This document shows, one piece after another, positions 49,096 through 63,689 of a DNA stretch of 64,000 nucleotides. The number at the start of each line of letters is the position of its first letter. The stretch's first letter is position 1. The position numbers and the translations under genes are program-made. The notes under the pieces are model-generated. The model was not told the origin of the DNA and ran no database searches. It was given only the letters and a program-made list of their open reading frames with translations. Source of the DNA: the human T2T-CHM13v2.0 reference genome, Homo sapiens; NCBI RefSeq assembly GCF_009914755.1, contig NC_060933.1; one strand, written 5' to 3'.

Positions 49096-49709
49096 TATGG
49101 CAGGTAGAATTCTTAGATGTCCCTCAAGATTTCTGCCCCCCAGAATACTAACCAATGTAATTCCTTCTGTGTGAGTATGGGTGGGCTCTGTGAATATGAT
49201 GGAATATCACTCCCAATTTTATGTTACCATATATGACAATATTTTTGAAATATGCAGTTAAGGTCTCTAATCGCAGACTTTGAGTCTAACTTAATGTAGT
49301 GAACCCCTAATAGAGAGATTAAGCAACCTCGAATACTCTGCTGCTGGCCTTAAAGAAAGTCAACAGTCATGTTGAGAACTTCCCATGAGGGCCATGTGGT
49401 AAGGAGCTGCAGGTGGCCTCTAAGAGTAGAGAGTCTTCCCTGGTCAACAGCCAAGAAAAAAATCTGGGCTTCAGCCATACAGCAAGGAAATAAATTCTGC
49501 CAACAATTTGTGAGCCTGGAAGAGGATCGCAAAACTGAGGTGAAGATTGCAGCCACAGCTGCAGCTCTTGATATTAGTATCTGGTTAGAAAACCCAGTTA
49601 ACCTGTACCTAAACTCCTGACCCATGGAAACTTTGAGATACTAAATTTGGTTTGTTTTCAGTTGTTGAATGTGTGGTGTTTTGTTATGTAGGATTAGAAA
49701 AAGTATGCA
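49096..49709 (+). mobile_element. MLT1E-like MaLR LTR
   Basis: 'ggcaggtagaattcttagatg...gtgaatatgatggaatatcactccc...aaattctgccaacaa...ctcctgacccatggaaact'. Confidence 0.8.
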
Positions 49710-49974
49710 TTTTGGTTATATAATTTTTGAAGCATCTGCACTGCTTGTTATGTACCCTGCCTTTGTCAATAATTGCATTACTGGTACTAGGAGTTGTTTA
49801 CTTGTATCTTCTTAAGTACCTGCTGTTGAAAGTTAGCAGAAATTGCAAGCTAATTTTTGGAAAGGTGTGGTAAATTAGAGAAGTTATAATATGTATTTAA
49901 CATCTGAAGTAGAAAGAGAAAAGATAAACTGAAATTGGCCATTAGAACCCAAAAATATGTTAAGAATTATTATC

Positions 49975-50268
49975 GGCCAGGCACAGTGGCTCATGCCTGT
50001 AATCCCAGCACTTTGGGAGGCCGAGACGGGTGGATCATGAAGTCAGGAGTTCGAGACCAGCCTGACCAACATGGTGAAACCCGGACTCTACTAAAATTAC
50101 AAAAAGTAGCCGGGTGTGGTGGCATGCACCTGTAATCCCAACTACTCAGGAAGCTGAGGCAGGATAATCACTTGACCAGGGAGGAGGAGGTTGCAGTGAG
50201 CCAAGATTGCACCACTGCACTCCAGCCTGGGTGACAGAGCGAGACTCTGTCTCAAAAGAAAAGCAAAC

Positions 50269-50318
<50 letters not shown>
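49975..50318 (+). mobile_element. AluS (Sg-like) with a (CA)n tail
   Basis: Full dimer; TSD agaattattatc at 49963-49974 and 50319-50330. Confidence 0.92.
50272..50317. repeat. (AC)n microsatellite in the Alu tail
   Basis: About 23 AC units. Confidence 0.95.
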
Positions 50319-50320
<2 letters not shown>

Positions 50321-50881
50321 AATTATTATCAAAATCTTTCAGTCAGTCTTCTAATAAAAAAAAAGAAAAAATTGTGGGAGCTATTTGTGGGAAAGACAAA
50401 AATGACAGTCACTAGCCTTCATGTCTCATCCAGGAGAAAATAATATGAATTACAAAAATAAGGCACTTTACAATAAGAAATTTAAAACTCGAAAGATGTT
50501 TCAAACCTTAGAGAATGAGATCGATTTTAAGCACACTTTGAAAGAGAGGTTTAACTTATTTGTTGAGGAATAGACAAAGCATGGGTATATATTAGCATCA
50601 TCTAATAGATAGATGATGGCTCATGAAGTAGTTGTCAGTGGCTGTGGTCTCAGGAAGGGACATTTGAAGCTATAAAAAAAGAAGGCTTGTACAAAGCAGT
50701 AGTTTTGAATAATTATGACCAGAGCATCAAATTTTTTGTTTTTCACAGACTGTATATGTATTTTTTTTTCATGGACCTCTCACTTCATTCCATTTTCTGC
50801 CATATGTTTTTCAATATTATGTGCTTTAATATTTACTTATTTCTTTTTTTAATTCATCCAGTGATACATAGAACTCGTTCT

Positions 50882-51807
50882 ATGAATTACTATGTGACCT
50901 TATTAAGCCACAATTTTTTGTCTGTAAAAACTAGCAATAGTGCTTAGATTTTTAAGTAAGAATTAAAGGAAAAATAAATGCATGTTACAAAAGGAACAGA
51001 ATTAACAATGACTGGTATACATACTACATTAGAGAAAAATGACACAGATAATCCATAAAATAAGCAGTTGGCACCTAAATAAACCAGAAGTTACTGTATT
51101 ATTTTATCAGATCCTGTTGTAATAATAATAGTGCATCTTATATAAGTGAGGTAGTGTTTTTATTCAATTATTATACTGTCCAAGGTAAATATAAATCAAA
51201 ATAGTAGAAGACACAATGAAAACTTTCTTTAGATATCAGGTGTATCTTCTGAAACTTTTTATTTATTTAGTTGTTTTGTGCCCCACCATAAGAAACTTAA
51301 ATCCTTTATCAATTTAGAAAAAGGAAACAGTTTCATATCTCTGACTACTTCAACTAAAACTGTAATCTGTATCATCTCATGGGTAAAATGCGAATGAGTG
51401 GTCTAAGAATCAGTCAGCATTCAGCACTAGAAAAATAAGCTTTTCTAAGAAAGAATGAGCTTAGCTTTTGTGAAGAAATATAATTGCTTTGAAATAATGC
51501 CGCCACATATAAAGTTGGGTAACTTTTGGTATAATAACTATCCAGAAATCACCTGGGTTTCAAGATGCTTAAAAATGCTCTTGTAAGAAAAAGCAATGAT
51601 AAAACTTGCAGGTCATTTAAGATGAAAATCAAGGTTTTACGTGTTGAGTGAGTTTTAAAATAACAGTGGAGGATATTAAACTGGGGCAAGGGACTCTGAA
51701 TGAATTACTATGTGACCTTATTAAGCCACAAGTTTTCATCTGCAAAATTTAGTAATGCTACTTGGATTTTTAAGTAAGATTAAAATGAAAAATAAATGTA
51801 TGTTACA
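50882..51807 (+). repeat. Dispersed 108-bp direct repeat of MIR-like sequence (50882-50989 and 51700-51807)
   Basis: Ungapped 93/108 identity by manual alignment; first 32 bp identical. Confidence 0.9.
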
Positions 51808-53558
51808 TTTTATGTCCTTTGTGAATAATCATTTTCATTATGAAATGTAATTTAGAAATCATTTTATCTAAACTAAATTACAATAATAAGCACCATGAAA
51901 ATTCAGGTAGGCATATTAGCTGTAGAATCCTTAAAAGTGGATGTTTGAATATTGATTCAATAACCATATTAACAAAGGATGATATGCCAGAGGGTAAAAT
52001 TTTAAAGAATTTTAAATTTGTAGGTAATTAATGGAGAATATTTCATTCAAAATACACAGAAATCTGTGATGACTCTTTGAGCATACAAAAGCTAAAAACA
52101 ATTTCTAAAGCATGTTAAAATCTGAAAAAAAAGTTAACACTTCAATGATTACAGTTAAAAGGTGAATAAAATTCCAAATTGAAATTTTTTTACCTTCAAA
52201 CTTTTTAAAATATTGTTTTTAAAAATTGCAGATAGTGTTGCTTTTGAGAATTGGAACCACCTTCGTGGTGTCCAGAAATGTGCATAAGGCATATTATCAT
52301 TCTTTGTAATATGGCTAGAAATTCATACTTGAGGAAAAGAGGTGAAAGGATCCCTCTTAAGAAATTAAAAGGAGACCAAAGATATTAGACTATATTTCGA
52401 ATAGTGTAGTAGTCCAGAACAACAACAGCAAAAACAAGAAAACGTAATGTCAATAATTCTGAAGCTAAGGAAGTCATGAAACTCACATAGGAGGAAGCTG
52501 ACTTCCTGTTCTCCTAAAAATGCTTAAATAAGCACTTGAAATGCTCTCCTCCTGCTTGAAACTCTGAAGATACTTATTGCTTATATATTGCCACATAGAT
52601 AATGCTACCTCCACTCTAATTCAGAATAAGCCAAAATTTTACATCAAAACAGATTTATCAGTATATTTATTAAATTCCCCAACTGGGATACATTGTTTTA
52701 TTTTGAACATAAATAAAATGCAACCCTAATTTATTTAATAATTATGTAGCTAGAATTTATTGAAATAATATATATAAAAGTTTTTTAAGTTTTCTGTAGC
52801 ATCATTTCAATTTGAATTTTGAATATCTTACACATATGATGAATTAATAAAGAGTTTATTTTCTATTGTAATGAGGAGAACTGACGTTAGAGCCAACATG
52901 CAATTAATAGCAGATTTACTTGAAAATAATACATATTTTGTAGTAGATTCTCTTACTTGGGCTTAATGCTTCGCTATCTTGCGAAAAAGTTAAGCAGAAG
53001 TAGCATTGGGTCCAATGACTGAATCTTCCAAGTCTTATTTGGCACTTGAAGATAGTTCTCAAAGCACAGTATTAACTATAGTATTTTGTTTTCTATACAT
53101 AATTATACGGATAGAAAAAAAAAGGCTTAAGTGCTTAAGATTATTATTTATTTTTAAAAATCCTAATTTCTCAAGTATTTTAAAAGATGTGTTTCCAAAT
53201 TAGGCTATGCCATTTGACATACTGTTAAAAGAAAAAATGTAAGAGGTAGTTGCTGATGCTCACTTTAAAAACCTATAGTTTGAAGCAGCGTTGTTTAAAT
53301 ACACAAGTATAATTCCATCCTGGCTAGTATAATTATGATATCTGGTAATGCAGTTTATATATATTTGATATTTTTAATATTGAAATGAAACAACATACTA
53401 AGAATTTATTCTTATATTCCTCATACTTCTAGCAAAATTTCCTTGACAAAAAGAAAACAGAATAATTGAAAAGGATGTGGAAAAACAATATTGTTAACAA
53501 ATTAGTTGCTCTTAAATAAAACTTGTTGAAATTTTATCCTTTTTAGCTTTTATTAATT

Positions 53559-53860
<302 letters not shown>

Positions 53861-54549
53861 AGCTTTTATTAATTCTTATACACAACTGTAGCAAATGATC
53901 TGAACAAGCAACATAGTAAAATTCTAATTTTCATTTATAGAATAGCTAACTTAAAACAATTATAAAAAGATAATTCATTAGACGCAATATCCAACTTCCA
54001 GCAAAGTTATCATTCAAAATCTATTATATTGTCATTTTCTGCTAGGGTGTAAACTCTTGCTTCAGCCTATGAAGAAAAAAAAAGCACAATGTCATACTAT
54101 TTATTCTATCCCAGCACATTGTGTGATAGATTGAAACATTCAGTAAAAATCCAATAAATTCCCTATTTCTTTTTCCTTGTCTTCTCACAACAAAAAGGAA
54201 AAAAAAACATCAGAATATACTGTTCCCTAATTATCCAGATTATATTTAATACCTAAAAAATGAACAAAATAAAGGTTGGAGAATGACAACTGAGGTAAAT
54301 TAGAATATGTCTTTGCAACCTTTGTAACCTTGGGAGAGATAAAGGATAGATTTATTATGATTAGCATAAATTATCTCAGGCTACATAACAATATGTATTA
54401 GGAAAAGTATTCACCACTTTGTTGTGTTTAATTAATTTTGTAAAATTATCTAAAGCTTATATTTCCTCATTATCCAAATTACTTTGTGTCTCCAAAGCCA
54501 GAGCATAATTATTAGAAGGTTCTGTTTAACTGAAATTAAGAAGTCTCAT

Positions 54550-54680
54550 GTATCCAAACATATATTCAGTAAACATATCAAATATCTACTCTATATGGGC
54601 ACTGTGCTGGGAAATAAAAGTATAGAAATGAAAGTGCATTTTTTACCCTCAAAAATCTCTCAATTTAAGCTATGAAATGC
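54550..54680 (-). mobile_element. L2 3' fragment
   Basis: 'attcagtaaacatatc...tctactctatatgggcactgtgctggg...accctcaa'. Confidence 0.55.
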
Positions 54681-55319
54681 CAACTTTTGAGAAGAATGGA
54701 TTTTGTTTTTTAAATGTGTATAAGGAGTCACATGTGTGAGGGCAATATGCTTTATGAGCACCAAGAAACACCATTCATTGGTTTCTTGAACACATCTTAT
54801 TCTCACACTAAATAGAGATTTGAACCAAGAGAAATAGGTAAAACAGGATCATGCAGGTAACAGTGTCCCAGTGTTATCTTGAGGAATCTGCCTCCTGAGA
54901 CAGGCCACTAGTACTAAATGCCAAAATATAATGAATTTTGTAAGAGTTCAAACTTTGTCTCTGTATCTTCACCCATATGCATAATTTTCATAGCCTTGAC
55001 TCTGATCCTGAATGAAGTCTTCAAAACTACTATATAAAATGTTCATAGTAACTATTCAGTTTATAAATTTTATGTTACCAAGCACTAAAATGCGAGACTG
55101 ATGATAAACAAGTTTCAACTTGTAATTACTTATTGATACATGTTATAAATTAATATTGTTAAAATAAGACAATTAAAATTGTGACATATGCTATAAACAA
55201 TGAATATATCCATCTACACTTACATTTCTTAGCTAGCACTGAATCATTATGCAAATAAAATATTGTAATATTTATACCTAATAGGAATATAAAAAAGAGT
55301 TCAAAGGTTAAGAATACAC

Positions 55320-56419
55320 AAAGTCAACCAAGTGAACAGACAACCCACAGAATCGAGAAAACATTGCAAACTACCCATCTGACAAATAATTAATAACCAG
55401 GATATAAAAGCAGCTCAAACAGCTCTAAAGGAAAAAAAAATCAATAATCTGATTAGAAAATGGACAAAATATTTGAATAGATATTTCTCAAGGAAAGACA
55501 TGTAAATGTCAAACAGGCATATGAAAAAGTGCTCAACATCGTCGGTCATCTTAGAAATGCAAATCAAAACTACAATAAGATAACATTTCACCCCAGTTAA
55601 AATGGCTTATCTCCAAAAGATAGTTGATAAATGCTGGCAAGTATGTAGAGAAAAGGGAACCCTTGTACACTGTTGGTGGGAGTGTAAAATAGTACAATCA
55701 CTATGAAGAAGAGTTTGGAGGTTCCTCAAAACAGTAAAATTAGAGCTACCATATGCTCCAGCAATTCCACTGCTAGGTATATACCCCCCAAAAGAAAATC
55801 AGTGTATCTAAGATAGATGTGCACTCTCATGTTTTTGCAGCACTGTTCACAATAGCCAAGATGTGGAAGCAACCTAAGTGTCCATCAACAGATGAATGGA
55901 TAAAGAAAATGTGGTACTTATACACAGTGAAGTACTATTCAGCCAAAATAATAATAACAATAATGTGATCCTGTCATTTGCAACAACATGAATGGAACTG
56001 GAGGTCATTATGCTAAGTGAAATGTGAAATAAACCAGGCACAGAGAGACAAACATCACATGGTCTCAATTATTTGAGAAATATAAAAATAAAAGCAATCA
56101 AACTCATGAAAATAGAGAGCAGAAGGATGGAGGTGGAGAGAGTTAATGGCTACAAAAACAATAATTAGAAAAAATAAATAAGACCTAGTATTTGCTAGCA
56201 CAACAGGGTGACTATAGTCAAGAATTTAATTGTATATTTTAAAATAACTAAAAGAGTATAATTAGGTTGTTTGTGACACAAAGGATAAATACTTGAAGGA
56301 ATGGACACTCTTTTTCATGATGTGATTATTATGTATTGCATGCCTATTTCAAAACATTTCATGTACCCCATAAATATATAAACTTACTATTTGCCCCCAA
56401 AATTAAAAATTAAAAAAAA
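55320..56419 (+). mobile_element. L1MA2-like 3' portion
   Basis: 'aataagacctagtatttgctagcacaacagggtgactatagtcaa...cacaaaggataaatacttga...caaaattaaaaattaaaaaa'. Confidence 0.85.
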
Positions 56420-56490
56420 GTAAAATCTCATGCAGTGGTTCAATTTAAATACAATGGCACTATTAAAAGTCTTATTTACAGAGACCAAGG

Positions 56491-56500
56491 CAAGATGGCC
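56491..56500 (+). promoter_or_regulatory. YY1 site of the L1 5'UTR internal promoter
   Basis: CAAGATGGCC about 10 bp inside the L1 5' end. Confidence 0.7.
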
Positions 56501-56859
56501 AAATAGCAACAGCTCTGGTCTGCAGCTCCCAGTGAGACCAATGGAGAAGGCAGGTATTTTGTACATTTCCAATTAAGGTACCTGGTTTATCTCATTAGGA
56601 GTGGTTAGATAGTGCATGCAGCCCATGGAGGGCGAGCAGAAGCAGGGTGGGGTGTCCCCTCAGCGGGGGACTGCAAGCGTCCAGGGACCTCTCTCCCCCA
56701 GCCAAGGGAAGCTGTGAGGGACTGTGTTATCCAGCCGAGATACTACGCATTTCCCACAGTTTTTGCAACCTGAATACCAGGAAATTCCTTCGTGTGCTTA
56801 TACCACCAAGGCCCTGGTTTTCAAGCACAAAACTGGGCGGCTGTTGGGCAGACACAGAG

Positions 56860-57108
56860 CTAGCTGCAGGAGTGTTTTGTCTTTTTTTTCCATACTCCAG
56901 TGGCACCTGGAACCCCAGTGAGACAGAACCATTCACTACCCTGGAAAGGGGGCTGAAGCCAAGGAGCCAAGTGGTCTAGTTCTGTGGATACCACCCCCAC
57001 AGAGCTGAGCAAGCCAAGAACCACTGACTTGAACTTCTCACTGCCAGCACAGCATTCTGAAGTCAACCTGGGATGCTTGAGCTTGGTGGGGGGAGGGACG
57101 TCCACCAT
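56860..57108 (-). CDS. Putative L1 antisense ORF0-like ORF, 82 aa (translation not demonstrated)
   Basis: MVDVPPPTKLKHPRLTSECCAGSE...SVGVVSTE resembles L1HS ORF0 MAGAPPPASLPPCSLISDCCASNQ..SVGVGPSE; ATG in gtaATGg context. Confidence 0.5.
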   Translation of the reverse strand: MVDVPPPTKLKHPRLTSECCAGSEKFKSVVLGLLSSVGVVSTELDHLAPWLQPPFQGSEWFCLTGVPGATGVWKKKTKHSCS

Positions 57109-57810
57109 TACTGAAGCTTAAGTAGGTGGTTTTCCCCTCACAGTATTAAAGAAGCTGCTGGGAAATTCAGACAGGGAGGAACCCACCAAAGCACTGCAAT
57201 GACTGTGGCCAAACTGCCTCTCTAGAGTCCCCCTCACTAAGCAGGGCATCTCTGAAAGAGAGGCAGCAGCCGCAGTCAGGGGCTTATAGATAAAACCATC
57301 TCCCTGGACAGAGCACCTAGGCGAAGGGGCAGCTGTAGGCGCAGCTTCAGCAAACTTAAATGTTCCTGCCTGTTGGCTCTGAAGAGAGCAGCGGATGTCC
57401 CAACACAGCTCTCGAGCTCTGCTAAGGGACAGACTGCCTACTCAAGTGGGTCCCTAACCCCTGTGCCTCCTGACTGGGAGACACCTCCCAGCAGGTGTCC
57501 ATAGACACCTCATACAGGAGAGCTCCAGCTGGCATCTGGCAGGTGTCCCTCTGTGATGAAACTTCCAGAGGAAGGAGCAGGCAGCAACTTTTGCTGTTCT
57601 GCAACCTCTGCTGGTAATAGCCAGGCAAACAGGGTCTGGAGTGGACCTCTAGCAAACTCTTGCAGACCTGCGGAACAGGAGCCTGACTGTTAGAAGGAAA
57701 ACTAACAAACAGAAAACAATAACATCAACATCAATAAAAAGGATGCCCATGCAAAAACCCTATCCAAAGGTCATCAGCATCAAAGATCAAAGGTAGAGAA
57801 ATCCACAAAG

Positions 57811-58852
57811 ATGAGGAAAAACAAGCGCAAAAATGCTGACAATTCTGAAAACCAGAAGGCCTCTTCTCCTCCAAATGATTGCAACGCCTCTCTAGCAGGG
57901 ATAAAACTGGATGGAGAACAAGTTTGATGAATTGACAGAAGGAGGCTTCAGAAGGTGGATAATAACAAACTCCTCTGAGCTAAAGGAGCAAGTTCAAACC
58001 CAGTGCAAGGAAACTAAGAGCCTTTATGATAAAAGGTTACAGGAACTGCTAACTAGAATAACCAGTTTAGAGAAGAAGAGAAATGACCTGATGGAGCTGC
58101 AAAACACAGCAGGAGAACTTTGTGACGCACACACAAGTATTAATAGCTAACCTGATCAAGCAGAGAAAGGATATCAGACATTGAAGATCAACTTTATGAA
58201 ACAAAGTGTGAAGACAAGATTAGAGAAAAAAGAATGAAAAGGAACAAACAAAGCCTTCAAGAAATATAGAACTATGTGAAAAGAACAAACCTATGATTGA
58301 TTGGTGTACCTGAAAGTGATGGGGAGAATGGAACCAACTTGGAAAACACACTTCAGGATATTATCCAGAACTTCCGCAACCTAGCAAGACAGGGCAACAT
58401 TCAAATTCAGGAAATACAGAAAACATCACAAGAATACTCCTCGAGAAGAGCAAACCCAAGACACATAATCATCAGATTCACGAAGATTGAAACGATGGAA
58501 AAGATGTTATGGGCAGCCAGAGAGAAAGGTCAGGTTACCTACAAAGGAAAGCCCATCAGACTAACAGTGGATCTCTCTGTAGAAATGCTACAAGCCAGAG
58601 TGGGGGCCAGTATTCAACATTCTTAAAGAAAAGAATTTTCAACCCAAATTTCATATCCAGCCATACTAGGCTTCATAAGCGAAGGAGAAGTAAAATCCTT
58701 TACAGACAAGCAAATGCTAAGAGATTTTTGTCACCCCCAGGCCTGCCTTAGAAAAGCTCGTAAAAGAAGCACTACAAAAGCTCGTAAAAGAAGTACTAAT
58801 TATCGAAAGGAAGAACTGGTACCAGCCACTGCAAAAACATGCCAAAATATAA
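57811..58852 (+). pseudogene. Disrupted L1 ORF1p
   Basis: ATG AGG AAA at 57811; fragments ENKFDELTEGGFRRWIITN, IGVPESDGENGT, RAAREKG-like; stops and frameshifts. Confidence 0.9.
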
Positions 58853-58947
58853 AGACCAATGGCACTATGAAGAAATTGCATCAACTACTGTGCCAAATAA
58901 CCAGCTAGCATCATGATGACAGGATGAAATTCACACATAACAATATT

Positions 58948-59359
<412 letters not shown>

Positions 59360-60457
59360 TCAAAGACACACATAGACTCAAGCAAATGGAAAGCAAAAAC
59401 AAAAGCTGAGGTTGTTATCCTAGTCTCTGATAAAGCAGATTTTAAACCAACAAAAATAGAAAAAGACAAACAAAGCCATTACATAATGGTAAAAGGATAA
59501 AGGCAAGAAGAAGAGCTAACTATCCTAAATATAAATGCATCACATACAGGAACACCCAGATTCATAAAGCAAGTTATTAGAGACCTACAAAGAGACTTAG
59601 ACTCCCACACAATAATAGTGGGAGACTTTAAAACTCCACTTTCGGTATTAGACCGATCAACGAGACAGAAGTTAACAAGGATATTCAGGACTTGAAATCA
59701 GCTCTAGACCAAGCAGAGCTAATAAATAGACATCTACAGAACTCTCCACCCCAGTTCAACAGATTATACATTATTCTCAGCATCACATAGCCCTTATTCT
59801 AAAATCGACCACATAATTGGAAGTAAATACTCCTCAGCACGTGCAAAAGAACAGAAATCATAACAAAGTCTCTCAGACCACAGTGCAATGAAATTACAAC
59901 TCAGGATTAAGAGTCTCACTCAAAACCGCACAACTACATGGAAACTGAACAACCTGCTCCTGAATGACTACTGGGTAAATAAGAAAATTAAGGCAGAAAT
60001 AAATAAGTTCTTTGAAACCATTGAGAACAAAGACACAATGTACCAGAACACAGCTAAAGCAGTGTTCAGAGGGAAATTCATAGCACTAAATACCCACATC
60101 AGAAATTGGGAAATACCTAAAATCAACGTGCTAACATCACAATTAAAAGAACTAGAGAAGCGAGAGCAAACACATTCAAAACAAGAAATAACTAAGATCA
60201 GAGCAGAACTGAAGGAGATAGAGACACAAAAAGCCCTTCAAAAAATCAGTGATTCCAGGAGCTGGTTTTTTGAAAAGATTAACAAAACAGATAGACTGCT
60301 AGCCAGAATAATAAAGAAGAAAAGAGAGAAGAATCAGATAGACACAATAAAAAATGATAAAGGGGATATCACCACTAACCCCACAGAAATACAAACTGCC
60401 ATCAGAGAATGCTATCAACACCTCTACATAAATAAACTAGAAAATCTAGAAGAAATT

Positions 60458-60938
<481 letters not shown>

Positions 60939-62604
60939 TTATAGCCTACCAACCAAAAAAAAGGACCAGATGGATTCACAGCCGACTTCTACCAGAGGTA
61001 CGAAGATGAGCTGGTGCCATTCCTTCTGAAAATATTCCAAACAATAAAAAAGAGAGACTTATCCCTAACTCATTTTGTGAGGCCAGCATCATCCTGATAA
61101 CAAAACCTAGCAGAAACACAACAAAAAAAGAAAATTTCAGGCCAGTATTCATGATGAATAGCAATGCAAAAAAAAAAAAAAAAAATTCCTCAATAAAATA
61201 CAGGCAAACCAAATCCAGCAGCACATCAAAAAGCTTACACACCACGATCAACTCGGCTTCATCCCTGGGATGCAAGACTGGTTCAACATACACAAATCAA
61301 TTAATGTAATCCATCACGTAAACAGAACCAATGACAAAAACCACATGATTATCTCAATAGATGCAATAAAATTCAACACCTCTTTTTGGTAAAAACACTC
61401 AATAAACTAGATATTGATGGAACATATCTCACAATAATAAGATATATTTGTGAGAAATCCATAGCCAATATCATACTGAATAGGCAAAAGCTGGAAGCAT
61501 TCTCTTGAAAACCAGCACAAGACAAGGATGCTCTCTCACTACTCCTATTTAACATAATATTGGAAGTTCTGCCCAGCACAATCAGGCAAGAGAAAGAAAT
61601 AAAGGGTATTCAAATAGGAAGCGAGGAAGTCAAATTGTCTTTTTTTGCAGATGACATGATTGCATATTTAGAAAACTCCACTGTCTCAGCCCAAAAACTC
61701 CTTAAACTGATAAGCAACTTCAGGAAAGTCTCAGGATACAAAATTGATGTGCAAAAATCACAAGCATTCTTATACACCAATAACAGACAAACAGAGGGCC
61801 AAATCATGAGGGAACTCCCATTCGCAATATACAAAGAGAATAAAATACCTACGAATACAACTTACAAGGGATGTGAAGAAACTCTTCAAGCAAAACTACA
61901 AACCACTGCTGAAGGAAATAGGAGCGGACACAAACAAATTGAAAAACATTCCATGCTCATGGATAGGAAGAATCAATATCGTGAAAATGGCCATATTGCC
62001 CAAAGCAATTTATAGATTCAGTGCTATTCCCATCAAACTACCATTGACTTTCTCCACAGAATTAGACAAAACTACTTTAAATTTCATATGGAACCAAAAA
62101 AGAGCCCATAGAGCCAAAGCAATCCTAAGTAAAAAGAACAAAGCTGGAGGCATCATGCTACCTAACTTCAAACTATACTATAAGGCTACAGTAACCAAAA
62201 CAGCATGGTACTGGTACCAAAACCAATATATAGACCACTGGAACAGAACAGAGGCCTCAGAAATACCACCACATATCTACAACAATCTGATCTTTGACAA
62301 ACCTGACTAAAACAAGCAATGGGGAAAGGATTCCCTATTTAATAAACAGTGCTGGGAAAAAATGGCTAGCCGTATGCAGAAAACGGAAACTGGACCTCCT
62401 CCTTACACCTTGTACAAAAATTAACTCAAGATGAATTAAAGACTTAAACAAAAGACATAAAATCATGAAAACCCTAGAAGAAAACCTAACCTATACCATT
62501 CAGGACATAAGCATGGCAAAGACTTCATGACTGAAACACCAAAAGCAATGGCAACAAAAGCCAAAATTTACATATGAGATCTAATTAAACTAAAGAGCTT
62601 CTGC

Positions 62605-62642
<38 letters not shown>

Positions 62643-63689
62643 AGTGAAAAGGCAACCAGCAGAATGGGAAAAAAATTTGCAATCTGTCTGTTTTACAAAG
62701 GTCTAATAACCAGAATCTCCAAGGAACATAAACAAATTCACAAGAAATAAACCCCATCAAAAAGTGAGCAAAGGATATGAAAGACACTTCTCAAAAGGAG
62801 ACATTTGTACATCCAACAAACATGAAAAAAACCTCATCATCACTGGTTATTAGAGAAATGCAAATCAAAACCACAATGAAACACCGTCTCACACCAGTTA
62901 GAATGGTGATCACTAAAAAGTCAGGAAACAACAGATGCTGGCGGGGATGTGGAGAAATAACACTTTTACACTGTTGGTGGGAGTGTAAATTGTTTCAACC
63001 CTTGTGTAAGACAGTGTGGCTATTCCTCAAGGATCTAGAACCAGAAATACCATTTGACCCAGCAATCCCATTACTGGGTATATACTCAAAGGGTTATAAG
63101 TCATTTTACTATAAAGACATATGCACACATATGTTTATTGCAGCACTATTTCCAGTAGAAAAGACTTGGAGCCAACCCAATTGCCCATCAATGATGGACT
63201 GGTTAAAGAAAATGTGGCACATATACACCATGGAATACTATGCAGCCATAAAAAAGAATGAGTTCATGTCCTTTGTGGGGACATGGATGAAGCTGGAATC
63301 CATCATTCTCAGCAAACTATCACAGGAACAGAAAACCAAACACTACATGTTCTCACTCATAAATGGGAGTTGAACAATGAGAATATATGGACATGGGGGA
63401 ACATCACACACCGGGGCCTGTAGGGGGGTGGGGGAAAAGGGGAGGGAAAGCATTAGGATAAATCCCTAATGCATGTGGGGCTTAAAACCTAAATGACACG
63501 TTGATGGGTGCAGCAAATCACCATGGCATATGTATACCTATGTAACAAACCTGCACTTTATGCACATGTATCCCAGAACTTAGAGTATAATTTTTTAAAA
63601 GTCTTGTTTACATAGAAAAAAAGAATTTACAAAGCTGTACTACATGATATCTCTTATAATCTGTTTTAACATCATTGTGCACCATTTTT

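Noticed and set aside
63412-63447. G-quadruplex-forming G-tract as a novel element
   Set aside because: This is the standard polypurine tract of the L1 3'UTR.
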